DNA of 64,000 bases from an uncultured Bacteroidales bacterium (GTDB lineage: Bacteria; Bacteroidota; Bacteroidia; Bacteroidales; UBA932). The translations under genes were made by a program, and so were the position numbers. Below are positions 1 through 8,385 of this stretch, one piece after another; within the stretch, counting starts at the first letter, position 1, and each line of letters begins with the position of its first letter. The stretch is from assembly GCA_900321655.1 (NCBI GenBank), contig ONWU01000011.1, positions 22,340 through 86,339 of the forward strand. The letters are read 5' to 3'. The notes beneath the pieces were generated by a model. That model was not told the DNA's origin. It was given only the letters and a program-made list of their open reading frames with translations, and ran no database searches.

Positions 1-232
1 CCATGGCATAGGTTCCTCCTATGGTAAAGCCTTCCGTCCCGTAGCGGAAATTGTACTTGTCCGGTGCCGGGAAAGCGCTCTTGGTCATGGACAGATAGTA
101 GATAGCGTCCAGCAGGTTGGTCTTTCCCTCCCCGTTGTTTCCGCTGATGCAGTTGACATTGGGAGAAAAGCCGATTTCCTGGAAAGCGATGTTGCGAAAA
201 TCCCGGACTACTATTTTCTTGAGATGGGGCAT
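1..232 (-). CDS. recF: DNA replication/repair protein RecF (N-terminal part; runs off the window edge)
   Basis: Not in the ORF track. Manual translation from the ATG at 232 gives MPHLKKIVVRDFRNIAFQEIGFSPNVNCISGNNGEGKTNLLDAIYYLSMTKS, with the RecF FRN motif and Walker A GxNGxGKTNLLDAIYYL. Confidence 0.92.
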   Translation of the reverse strand, partial: MPHLKKIVVRDFRNIAFQEIGFSPNVNCISGNNGEGKTNLLDAIYYLSMTKSAFPAPDKYNFRYGTEGFTIGGTYAM

Positions 233-251
233 GTTCAGGCGAATAATATGA

Positions 252-282
252 TTGCAAATATATAATATTTTTCGTAAATTTG
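252..282. promoter_or_regulatory. Overlapping divergent Bacteroidetes sigma-A promoters (recF / TPR operon)
   Basis: + strand: TTG at 252-254, 20-nt spacer, TAAATTTG at 275-282. - strand: TATATTTG (caaatata, 255-262). Both match the TAnnTTTG -7 consensus. Confidence 0.7.
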
Positions 283-315
283 CGGGCTCAATTAGCTAAT
301 AAAAACAATTACAAT

Positions 316-993
316 ATGGCAAAGATTACTAAGACTGAAGAAGAAGTGCGTCAGCAGAATGTTGCTGAGGCCGTTTCCAAGACCGAACAGTTCTTCAAGG
401 AGAACGGAAAACTCATTTACGGCTGTGTCATCGGCGTTCTCGTCATCGCCCTCGCCATCCTGGCATACAACCGCTTTATCCTGCAGCCCAAGAAGGTGCA
501 GGCCACGGACCAGATGGCCCGCGCAGAGCAGTGGTTCCTGTCCGGAGAATACGAGCTCTCCCTCACCGGAGACGACAACGACCTGGGCTTCGAAGACATC
601 ATCAAGCAGTATGGCTCCAAGGCCGGTGAGGCCGTTTACATGTATGCCGGTATCGCCAAACTCCAGACCGGTGCTCCCGAAGAAGCCATCCAGTACCTGA
701 AGAAATACGACGGTGAAGACCCTATCCTGCTGGGTAAGGCACAGGCCTGCATCGGAGACGCCTACGCAGATCTGGAGAACTACTCCGAGGCCATCAGCTG
801 GTACCAGAAGGCCGCCAAGACCTCTGACAACGCTCTGGCCGCCGCTTACCTCCTGAAGGCCGGCATCGCCGCCGAGGCCAATGGCAACGACACCCAGGCC
901 CTTTCCTTCTACAAGGAAATCAAGGACAAGTGGGGCAACGCTCCCGAGGCCCTGGAAATTGACAAGTACATCACCCGTATCGAAAACAAGTAA
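316..993 (+). CDS. Membrane-anchored tetratricopeptide repeat protein (YfgM-like)
   Basis: ATG at 316 (MAKITK). One TM segment (LIYGCVIGVLVIALAILAY) followed by TPR-like helical repeats (AQACIGDAYADLENYSEAISWYQKAA). Divergent from recF as commonly seen in Bacteroidales. Confidence 0.85.
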   Translation: MAKITKTEEEVRQQNVAEAVSKTEQFFKENGKLIYGCVIGVLVIALAILAYNRFILQPKKVQATDQMARAEQWFLSGEYELSLTGDDNDLGFEDIIKQYGSKAGEAVYMYAGIAKLQTGAPEEAIQYLKKYDGEDPILLGKAQACIGDAYADLENYSEAISWYQKAAKTSDNALAAAYLLKAGIAAEANGNDTQALSFYKEIKDKWGNAPEALEIDKYITRIENK

Positions 994-995
994 TT

Positions 996-1754
996 ATGGG
1001 AAGAGCATTTGAATTCCGCAAAGAGCGGAAGATGAAGCGCTGGGGCCACATGGCCAAAACCTTCACCAAACTGGGCAAGGAAATTACCATCGCCGTGAAG
1101 CAGGGCGGTGCCGAAGTAACCGGCAACCCCCGTCTTCGTGCCCTCATCGCTGAGGCCAAGGCCGAACAGATGCCCAAGGAGAATATCGAGCGCGCCATCA
1201 AGAAGGCAACGGAAGCCAAGACCGGAGATTTCAAGGAAATCATCTATGAAGGCTTCGGCCCCTTCGGCATCGCCTACCTCGTAGAGGCCGCTACGGACAA
1301 CAACACCCGCACCGTGGCCAACGTGCGCAGCTATTTCACCAAATGCGGCGGCACCCTTCAGACCAGTGGCTCCGTGGCCTTTATGTTCGACCACAAATGC
1401 GTTTTCCGCATCAAGGAAGACCCCGCCAAGCCCATCGACGTGGAAGAGCTGGAACTGGAGCTGATTGATTTCGGCGCCGAAGAGGTGTTCAAGCAGGAAG
1501 TGGAGGACGAAGACGAAAATGTGACCGTGGAAATCTCCATCTACGGAGACTACAGTGCCTACGGCCAAATTCAGAAATACATCGAGGAAAAGGGTTACGA
1601 ACTCATCTCCGGCGGTTTCGAGCAGATTCCCAACGTGGACCTCAAGGAAGTTACCGCGGAGCAGCGTGCCACGCTGGACAAGCTCACCGGTATGCTGGAG
1701 GATGATGAAGACGTTACCAACGTCTACACCACCCTGGCTCCCGAGGCAGAGTAA
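996..1754 (+). CDS. yebC: YebC/PmpR family protein
   Basis: MGRAFEFRK start, NPRLR, MPKENIERAIKKA, YEGFGPFG and TDNNTRTVANVRSYF motifs. Confidence 0.93.
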   Translation: MGRAFEFRKERKMKRWGHMAKTFTKLGKEITIAVKQGGAEVTGNPRLRALIAEAKAEQMPKENIERAIKKATEAKTGDFKEIIYEGFGPFGIAYLVEAATDNNTRTVANVRSYFTKCGGTLQTSGSVAFMFDHKCVFRIKEDPAKPIDVEELELELIDFGAEEVFKQEVEDEDENVTVEISIYGDYSAYGQIQKYIEEKGYELISGGFEQIPNVDLKEVTAEQRATLDKLTGMLEDDEDVTNVYTTLAPEAE

Positions 1755-1761
1755 TTCAGTA

Positions 1762-2658
1762 GTGCGGAAATTTCTCCCGTTTATCATTTGTGTTTTCCTG
1801 AGCTCTTCTTGCGGCATTCTCCGCATCAAGAGCTCAGAGGCGTATTTGCCCGGCCCTGCCATCAGGGCCGAATATCAGCCCAAAAACATCGTTGAAGAAA
1901 TCGTCCAGCCCTGCAGTGTACCCGGTCCAACGGAGCGCCGGATCATAGTCTACCTCCCGGCAGACTACTATCAGTCCAACCGGCGCTACCCCGTCCTGTA
2001 CCTATTGCACGGAGCCCGCGGCTACGAAACCTCCTGGATCCGGAAAGGAGAAGTGTACCAGACGGCCGACAGCCTCTGGGCAAGCGGAAAAGCCCAGCCC
2101 TGCATCATCGTGATGCCCAATGTGAACCAGTACAACGACGACGCAGACTACGAAGGCGGGAGATTCAAAGATGCCTTCGAGAGCATCTTTGAGATGGACG
2201 GGGTGGTGGAATCGGCCTTCATGAAAGATGTCGTGGGGCTGGTGGACAGTCTCTACCGCACCCAAGCGGACCGGGCAGGCCGGGCCATTGCCGGCCTTTC
2301 CATAGGAGGCTGCCAGACTATGTACCTGGCCGCCAACAATCCCGAAGCCTTCGGCTACGTGGGAGCGATGTCCCCCTATGTCTGGGCTATCGGCCATCCC
2401 GGCATAGCGCATTACAGGTTCTATGGAAACCTTCGCAGGAAAATCAATCGCCAGTATGCCCAATGCCCTCCCTATGGATATTATCTTTATGCCGGAGACT
2501 ACGATATGATGCGCCCTGCTACGCACAACCTGCATGTGTATATGAACAAAAAGGGATATCCCCATCGCTACTTCATGTACCCTTCATCCCACGACTGGGT
2601 CAACGGATGGACGGAAGAGCTTAAAGACGTGATGCAAAGAATCTTTCAAAACCCCTGA
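1762..2658 (+). CDS. Alpha/beta-hydrolase esterase (CE1/Fes-like), probable lipoprotein
   Basis: Likely GTG start at 1762 with a lipobox-like FLSSSC. Motifs VYLPADY..RYPVLYLLHG, nucleophile GLSIGG, and a C-terminal His (SHDW). Confidence 0.8.
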   Translation: MRKFLPFIICVFLSSSCGILRIKSSEAYLPGPAIRAEYQPKNIVEEIVQPCSVPGPTERRIIVYLPADYYQSNRRYPVLYLLHGARGYETSWIRKGEVYQTADSLWASGKAQPCIIVMPNVNQYNDDADYEGGRFKDAFESIFEMDGVVESAFMKDVVGLVDSLYRTQADRAGRAIAGLSIGGCQTMYLAANNPEAFGYVGAMSPYVWAIGHPGIAHYRFYGNLRRKINRQYAQCPPYGYYLYAGDYDMMRPATHNLHVYMNKKGYPHRYFMYPSSHDWVNGWTEELKDVMQRIFQNP

Positions 2659-2665
2659 ACCTACT

Positions 2666-3775
2666 ATGAAAATCCTTTTTGTAATTAATAACTTTTATGT
2701 TACGGGCAATGGTCTGGCTGCCAGTGCACGCCGTACAGTAGAGTATCTGAAACAAACCGGCCACGAGGTACGCATCCTCTCCGGCATCATCAACCCCATT
2801 ATCAAGGCTCAGGGATACTGCTTTTCCGCCAGTAATCCGGCCCTTATGAAGGAAGCGGTCGAGTGGGCCGATGTCATTCACCTGGAAGAGCCCTTCGTGG
2901 TTGAAGACCGGATGATCCATATAGCCCGTGAAATGGGAAAACCTGTCACGGCCACTTATCATCTGCATCCGGAGAACATCACCAACTCGCTGGGTCCCCT
3001 GCGTTATTGGAAAGGCCTTAACCGCACCATTCTCAGAGCCTGGAAAAAACACACCTTCAACTTCTGTGACTATGTCCAGTGTCCCACGGAAAACGTTCTG
3101 GACCGCCTGCGCCGATACCATATCCAGTCCCGTCTGGAGCTCATCTCCAACGGCGTAGTGCCGGATCCCTGCATCCGGCCGGAAGCCATGCCGGAAAACT
3201 ACCTTAATCCGGAACGTCCTCTCAAGGTGATCTATATCGGCCGCCTGTCCCGGGAAAAAGACCACGACACCCTTCTCAAAGCCATGACATACAGCCGGTA
3301 TTCCCGACGCATCCAGCTTCATTTCGCCGGCCTGGGACCCAAGACGGATTCCATCAAAAGAAAGGCGCACAGACTTTACGAGAAAGGCATCCTGGGCTAC
3401 GATCCCATCATTACCTTCGAGGACCGGGACGGCCTTCGGAAAATGGCTGCCGAGGCCGATCTGGCCATCCACTGCGCCACCATCGAGGTAGAAGGCCTGT
3501 CCATCATGGAGGCCATGCAGCAGGGCGTCGTTCCCGTTATTGCATCCGGCCGCTACAGCGGCACTTCCCAGTTTGCCATTGACAAGCGCAGCATCTTCCC
3601 CGCAGAGAATCCGGAGGCCCTGGCCAACCGTATAGACTACTGGCTGGACCACCCGGAGGAGCGCTGGGAAATGGGCAAAAAATATGCAGCGCACATGGAG
3701 CAGTACGACATTCGTAGGTCCGTGGAGGCGCTACTGGAAATGTTTCAGAAGGCTATAGACCTTCGGAAGGCTTAG
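2666..3775 (+). CDS. Glycosyltransferase family 4 (GT-B fold)
   Basis: MKILFV...GNG..S start, YIGRLSREK, and the EVEGLSIMEAM..G.PVI signature. Confidence 0.88.
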   Translation: MKILFVINNFYVTGNGLAASARRTVEYLKQTGHEVRILSGIINPIIKAQGYCFSASNPALMKEAVEWADVIHLEEPFVVEDRMIHIAREMGKPVTATYHLHPENITNSLGPLRYWKGLNRTILRAWKKHTFNFCDYVQCPTENVLDRLRRYHIQSRLELISNGVVPDPCIRPEAMPENYLNPERPLKVIYIGRLSREKDHDTLLKAMTYSRYSRRIQLHFAGLGPKTDSIKRKAHRLYEKGILGYDPIITFEDRDGLRKMAAEADLAIHCATIEVEGLSIMEAMQQGVVPVIASGRYSGTSQFAIDKRSIFPAENPEALANRIDYWLDHPEERWEMGKKYAAHMEQYDIRRSVEALLEMFQKAIDLRKA

Positions 3776-5859
3776 TTGAACTGATAAGTCAGAGACTGCA
3801 GATCGTGGGAGTTTCCGCCATAGAGGAGCTCCCACGTTCCTTTTTCAGGAACCATGTCCTGCTTCTGTTCATTCCAACTGAGGAAAGTTTCTGCGGTAAG
3901 GGGCAGCTCCACTTCCACCGTCTGGCCTGGAACAACAGTTACCCGGCTGAAGCCGCGCAGGGACTTCAGAGGTCCCTCGGCATCATCGGTCTTCTTCACA
4001 TACAGCTGCACCACCTCCGTTGCTTCGCTTGAACCGGTGTTGGTGACGGGGATGATGATCTTGCTTCCTTCCGTACGGGCTTTGCCATATTCAAAGGTGG
4101 TATAGCTTAAGCCATAACCGAAGGGATACAGAGGCTCTCCCTCAAAGAAACGGTACGTGCGGCCCTTCATATTATAGTCTTCAAAATCCGGGAGCTGGTC
4201 TACATTCTTATAGAAGGTAAGGGGAAGTTTGCCGGAAGGCACAACGTCTCCCAGAAGGACATCGGCCAATACGGTGCCGCCTTCCTCGCCGGGATACCAG
4301 GCCTGCAGGATGGCCTCGCAGCTTTCGGTCTCGGGCACCAGCCCCATGGCGCAGCCGGAGAAATTCACCAGAACCACCTTCTTGCCGGCATCGTGCAGGG
4401 CCTTCAGCAGTTCCCGCTGAACGACCGGTAGCTCTATGCTGGTACGGTCTCCACCACGGAATCCCGGGGCGTCCACATCCATCTCTTCGCCCTCAAAACG
4501 GGGAGAGATGCCGCCGGCAAAGATGACGATATCCTTGCCTTCCAGCTGCTCCAGCAGGGCCTTTACTTCTTCCTTCTCCCCTACTATACCGCAGCCTTTG
4601 GCGCTCACAAGGTTCGGGAAACGGGCCTTCAGGCCCTCCAGGAGGGTAACCGTGTTCTCCGGGATGGGATTGTAATTACCCCACATCATTTCCCGGTCAT
4701 CGGCGTTGGGGCCCACCACAGCAATCCGGGCATCCTCCTTCAAGGGCAGGATGCCGCCCTTATTCTGCAGAAGGACGATGGTCTCCTCTGCCATCTTGCG
4801 GGAAAGGGCCCGGTGCTCGGGGCCTTCCACGATATCATCGGAGAGGTAATCCCAAGGCGCAGTATTGTGCTCCAACTCGCCCAGACGGATACGCTCGGAA
4901 AGGAGGCGCACCAGAGAGCGGTCTACATCGGCCTCATCCAAAAGGCCCTTCTGAACGGCCTCGGGAATGAAGCGGTAACTGTCTCCGCAGTTGAGGTCCG
5001 TACCAGTATGGATGGCTGTGGCGGCGGCGTGGGGGCCGTCCTCGCTGTAACCGTGGCAGCCGGGCTCGAAGAAATTGGAGATGGCGCCGCAGTCGGACAC
5101 AATCAGGCCCTTGTAGCCCCACTCTCCGCGCAGGATGGTGTTAATCAGGTAGTCGCTGGCCCCGCAGGGAACACCCCGGAAGGCGTTGTAGGCTATCATG
5201 ACCTCCTTTACATCGGCCTTGGTAACCAGGTCTTTGAAGGCGGGGAGATAGGTTTCCCTCAGGTCCCGCTCGCTAACTACGGCATTGTAGCTGTGGCGGT
5301 TCCACTCCGGACCGGAATGCACGGCAAAATGCTTGGCGCAGGCATGTGCCTTGAGCACCTTGGCATCGGAAGGGCCCTGCAGGCCCCGCACCACGGCCAT
5401 TCCCAGCTGACCGGTCAGGTAGGGATCTTCCCCGTAGGTTTCCATGCCGCGGCCCCAGCGGGGATCCCGGAAAATGTTGATATTGGGGGTCCAGAAAGTA
5501 AGTCCCTGGTACTGGCCCACGTGGCCGGACTGTACAGCCCAGCGGTTTTTCACACGGGCTTCGTCACTCACCGCCGTGAAAACCTCGTTCACCAGGGGTT
5601 CGTCAAAGGAAGCCGCCATGGCGATGGGCATAGGGAAAACCGTTGCCTTGCCGTTACGGGCCACCCCGTGCAGGGCTTCGTTCCACCAGTCGTAAGCCGG
5701 GATGCCCAGGGCTTCCACCGGGGCCGACGGGTGCATCATCAGGGAGGTCTTCTCCTCCAGGGTTAGTTTGGAAATGAGTTCCTGGGCACGTTTTTCAGGC
5801 GTCTGGGCACAGGAGAGTGCCAATAACGCCATGACGCCCATCATAAAAAATTTGTGCAT
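3772..5859 (-). CDS. GH3 beta-xylosidase-type glycosidase, lipoprotein
   Basis: Start MHKFF at 5859, lipobox LSC. Motifs WWNEALHGVA, WTPNINIFRDPRWGRGMETYGEDP, CAKHF, VSDCGA (nucleophile) and YPFGYGLSYT. Confidence 0.92.
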   Translation of the reverse strand: MHKFFMMGVMALLALSCAQTPEKRAQELISKLTLEEKTSLMMHPSAPVEALGIPAYDWWNEALHGVARNGKATVFPMPIAMAASFDEPLVNEVFTAVSDEARVKNRWAVQSGHVGQYQGLTFWTPNINIFRDPRWGRGMETYGEDPYLTGQLGMAVVRGLQGPSDAKVLKAHACAKHFAVHSGPEWNRHSYNAVVSERDLRETYLPAFKDLVTKADVKEVMIAYNAFRGVPCGASDYLINTILRGEWGYKGLIVSDCGAISNFFEPGCHGYSEDGPHAAATAIHTGTDLNCGDSYRFIPEAVQKGLLDEADVDRSLVRLLSERIRLGELEHNTAPWDYLSDDIVEGPEHRALSRKMAEETIVLLQNKGGILPLKEDARIAVVGPNADDREMMWGNYNPIPENTVTLLEGLKARFPNLVSAKGCGIVGEKEEVKALLEQLEGKDIVIFAGGISPRFEGEEMDVDAPGFRGGDRTSIELPVVQRELLKALHDAGKKVVLVNFSGCAMGLVPETESCEAILQAWYPGEEGGTVLADVLLGDVVPSGKLPLTFYKNVDQLPDFEDYNMKGRTYRFFEGEPLYPFGYGLSYTTFEYGKARTEGSKIIIPVTNTGSSEATEVVQLYVKKTDDAEGPLKSLRGFSRVTVVPGQTVEVELPLTAETFLSWNEQKQDMVPEKGTWELLYGGNSHDLQSLTYQFN

Positions 5860-5892
5860 AATAAAGAAGGTTATCAAGTTCCGTATTATGCA

Positions 5893-5900
5893 CAAATTTA
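5893..5900 (-). promoter_or_regulatory. -7 promoter box for the GH3 xylosidase
   Basis: caaattta = TAAATTTG on the - strand, 33 nt upstream of the start codon. Confidence 0.55.
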
Positions 5901-5924
5901 CGTTTTTCCTTTGAAAAAATAAAA

Positions 5925-8222
5925 CTATTTGGTCTGAGGCGCTAATACATTGTGAACCGGCCAGCTCTGGGCTTTCTTGAGGGTAAAGGCAGCGGTGGCA
6001 CGGATATCGTCGACGCTGGCGCCGAACTGCACCTTATAATTACCGGCAGCAGCCTCCCAGGCCGATGCCGCCTCGTTGAAGGAGGCCAGCTCGTAGGCGC
6101 CCACTTTCAGGGTAAGGGTCTGGCTCTCTCCGGGTTTCAGTTCCCGGGTCTTGGCGAAGGCCTTCAGTTCGCGGGCGGGCTTGTCCAGACCGCCGGCAGG
6201 GGCGCTCACATAAAGTTCCACCACTTCCTTACCGGCCACAGAACCGGTGTTGGTGACGGTAATGCTGGCCTGGAAGCCATCGTCCACGGCCTTCACCGTG
6301 GGCTTGCTGTAGGCGAAAGTGGTATAGCTGAGGCCGAAACCGAAGGGATAGGAAACTTCCACGCCACGGGTTACGAAGTGACGGTAACCCACCCAGATGC
6401 CTTCTTCGTAGTTGGTATAGTCCACATCCTTCTGAGGCTGACGGGGACCCCAGGAGAAGGCGCGGGAAGCGCCCTGCTGGTAGTTGTAAGGGAAGTTGGC
6501 GCTGGAGGGATGGTCCATGAAGTTCACGGGGAAGGTCATCGGAAGCTTGCCGGAAGGGTTCACCTTGCCGATGAGAACATCGGCCACGGCGTTGGCACCT
6601 TCCTGACCGGGGCTCCAGGGCAGGACGATAGCATCCACCAGGTTCTTCCAGGAGTTGGTCTCGATGACACCGCCTACATTCAGGACCACAATCACTTTCT
6701 TGCCCTTGGCGTGGAAAGAGGTGCTCACATTCTGGAGAAGTTCACGCTCGACGGCGGTGAGTTCGAAGTCATCCATCATCTTGCGGTCTGCTCCTTCACC
6801 GGCATTGCGTCCCAGTACCACCACGGCCACATCGTTGGCCTTGGATTCGGCAGCAATGGCATCCGCAGGAATGGCCACCTCGGAGAGCTTGCGGCTGAAG
6901 AACCAGGAGAAGCCGCTGTTATTCAGGCCCTTCTGGGCTTTGTCATAGGCCTTGTAGGCGTAATAGTAGTCTACCAGGCTCTTGTCCAGGGTAAAGCCGG
7001 CATTCCGCATGCCTTCCACCATATTTACCACATAGGCTTTGTTCACATCACCGGAACCGGTGCCACCGGCCACGAAATCGACGGAAGAAACGCCGTAGAG
7101 AGCTACTTTCTCCGTTCCTTTGAGAGGAAGGGCAGCCTCGTTGCGAAGAAGCACGACAGACTCACCGGCCACCTTGCGGGCCAAGGCAGCGTGGGCCTTC
7201 AGATCCGGCTTGTTGGAGAACTGGTACCCCTTGAAGCGAGGGGTGCGGACAATGTAGTTGAGCATATTGCGGACATTGCGGTCCAGTTCTTCCTGGGAGA
7301 TGGTGCCATCCTGGACTCCGGCCACAATGCGGTCAATCTCGTTCTGGTTACCGGGTTCCATCAGGTCGTTGCCGGCCTTGGCGCTCTTCACGGTACCGGC
7401 CTTGTTGCCCCAGTCTGTCATCACGATACCTGTGAATCCCCACTCGTCACGAAGAACCGTGGTCAGAAGGCCTTCGCTCTGCTGGGTATAGTCTCCGTTG
7501 AGCTTGTTGTAGGAGCTCATCACCGTCCAGGGCTGGGCCTCTTTGACGGCAATCTCGAAGTTCTTCAGATAGATTTCGCGAAGGGCACGCTGGGAGATGA
7601 CGGCATCGTCCTCGTTGCGGTTGGTTTCCTGGTTGTTAGCCGCATAGTGTTTGATGGAAGTACCTACGCCATTGCTCTGGATACCTTTTACATAAGCAGC
7701 AGCCATTTTACCGGACAGGAGCGGATCCTCGGAGAAATACTCGAAATTGCGGCCACAGAGAGGGTTGCGATGGATGTTCATACCAGGGGCCAGAAGCACA
7801 TCCACGCCATATTCCAGGACTTCGTTACCCATGGCCCGGGTCATACTCTTCACCAGGTCAACATCCCAGGAGCTGGCCAGAAGGGTTCCCACGGGGAAAC
7901 CGGTGCAGTAGTAAGTGTTGCTGTCTCCCTGACGGGTGGGCTGGATACGAAGGCCGGCAGGGCCGTCGGCCAGCACGGTGGAAGGAATTCCCAGACGCTC
8001 GATGGGGCGGGTATTGCCGGCCGCACCAGGCACATTGGCCGCCACGCCGGTGGTAACTCCGTTCACGATGGCGGCACGGGCGCCGCCCACCAGCAGGGTA
8101 GCTTTTTCCTGAAGGGTCATGGCCTTCAGCACTTCTTCCACATTGTCTTCACGCAGCTGGGGCTGGGCCAGGGCCGATAAGGCCAGGCTCAGGGCTGCGA
8201 AGGTTAAAAGGATCTTTTTCAT
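5925..8222 (-). CDS. GH3 beta-glucosidase, secreted
   Basis: Signal peptide ending ALA-QPQ. Motifs ADGPAG, APGMNIHRNPLCGRNFEYFSEDP, KHY, VMTDW, plus an Fn3-like C-terminus. Confidence 0.93.
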   Translation of the reverse strand: MKKILLTFAALSLALSALAQPQLREDNVEEVLKAMTLQEKATLLVGGARAAIVNGVTTGVAANVPGAAGNTRPIERLGIPSTVLADGPAGLRIQPTRQGDSNTYYCTGFPVGTLLASSWDVDLVKSMTRAMGNEVLEYGVDVLLAPGMNIHRNPLCGRNFEYFSEDPLLSGKMAAAYVKGIQSNGVGTSIKHYAANNQETNRNEDDAVISQRALREIYLKNFEIAVKEAQPWTVMSSYNKLNGDYTQQSEGLLTTVLRDEWGFTGIVMTDWGNKAGTVKSAKAGNDLMEPGNQNEIDRIVAGVQDGTISQEELDRNVRNMLNYIVRTPRFKGYQFSNKPDLKAHAALARKVAGESVVLLRNEAALPLKGTEKVALYGVSSVDFVAGGTGSGDVNKAYVVNMVEGMRNAGFTLDKSLVDYYYAYKAYDKAQKGLNNSGFSWFFSRKLSEVAIPADAIAAESKANDVAVVVLGRNAGEGADRKMMDDFELTAVERELLQNVSTSFHAKGKKVIVVLNVGGVIETNSWKNLVDAIVLPWSPGQEGANAVADVLIGKVNPSGKLPMTFPVNFMDHPSSANFPYNYQQGASRAFSWGPRQPQKDVDYTNYEEGIWVGYRHFVTRGVEVSYPFGFGLSYTTFAYSKPTVKAVDDGFQASITVTNTGSVAGKEVVELYVSAPAGGLDKPARELKAFAKTRELKPGESQTLTLKVGAYELASFNEAASAWEAAAGNYKVQFGASVDDIRATAAFTLKKAQSWPVHNVLAPQTK

Positions 8223-8257
8223 ATAAGTGTTGTTGGTTTATGGGTTTTCTTCGGCTA

Positions 8258-8348
8258 CAAAATTAGCGCTCTCCGTGTTCAAAAGTTTATCCATTTTATC
8301 TAATTGGCTTTTCCTCCCTTTTTTTTCCATGAATTAAATCTATCTTTG
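8258..8348. promoter_or_regulatory. Divergent promoter region between two GH3 genes
   Basis: - strand TAATTTTG (caaaatta, 8258-8265) and + strand TATCTTTG (8341-8348) in an AT-rich spacer. Confidence 0.6.
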
Positions 8349-8385
8349 TGTTGCCAATAGCACAACAATTAACCAACAATATCTT

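Noticed and set aside
1555-1761. N-terminal extension of the esterase ORF overlapping yebC
   Set aside because: It is out-of-frame yebC sequence. The signal peptide begins at the GTG at 1762.
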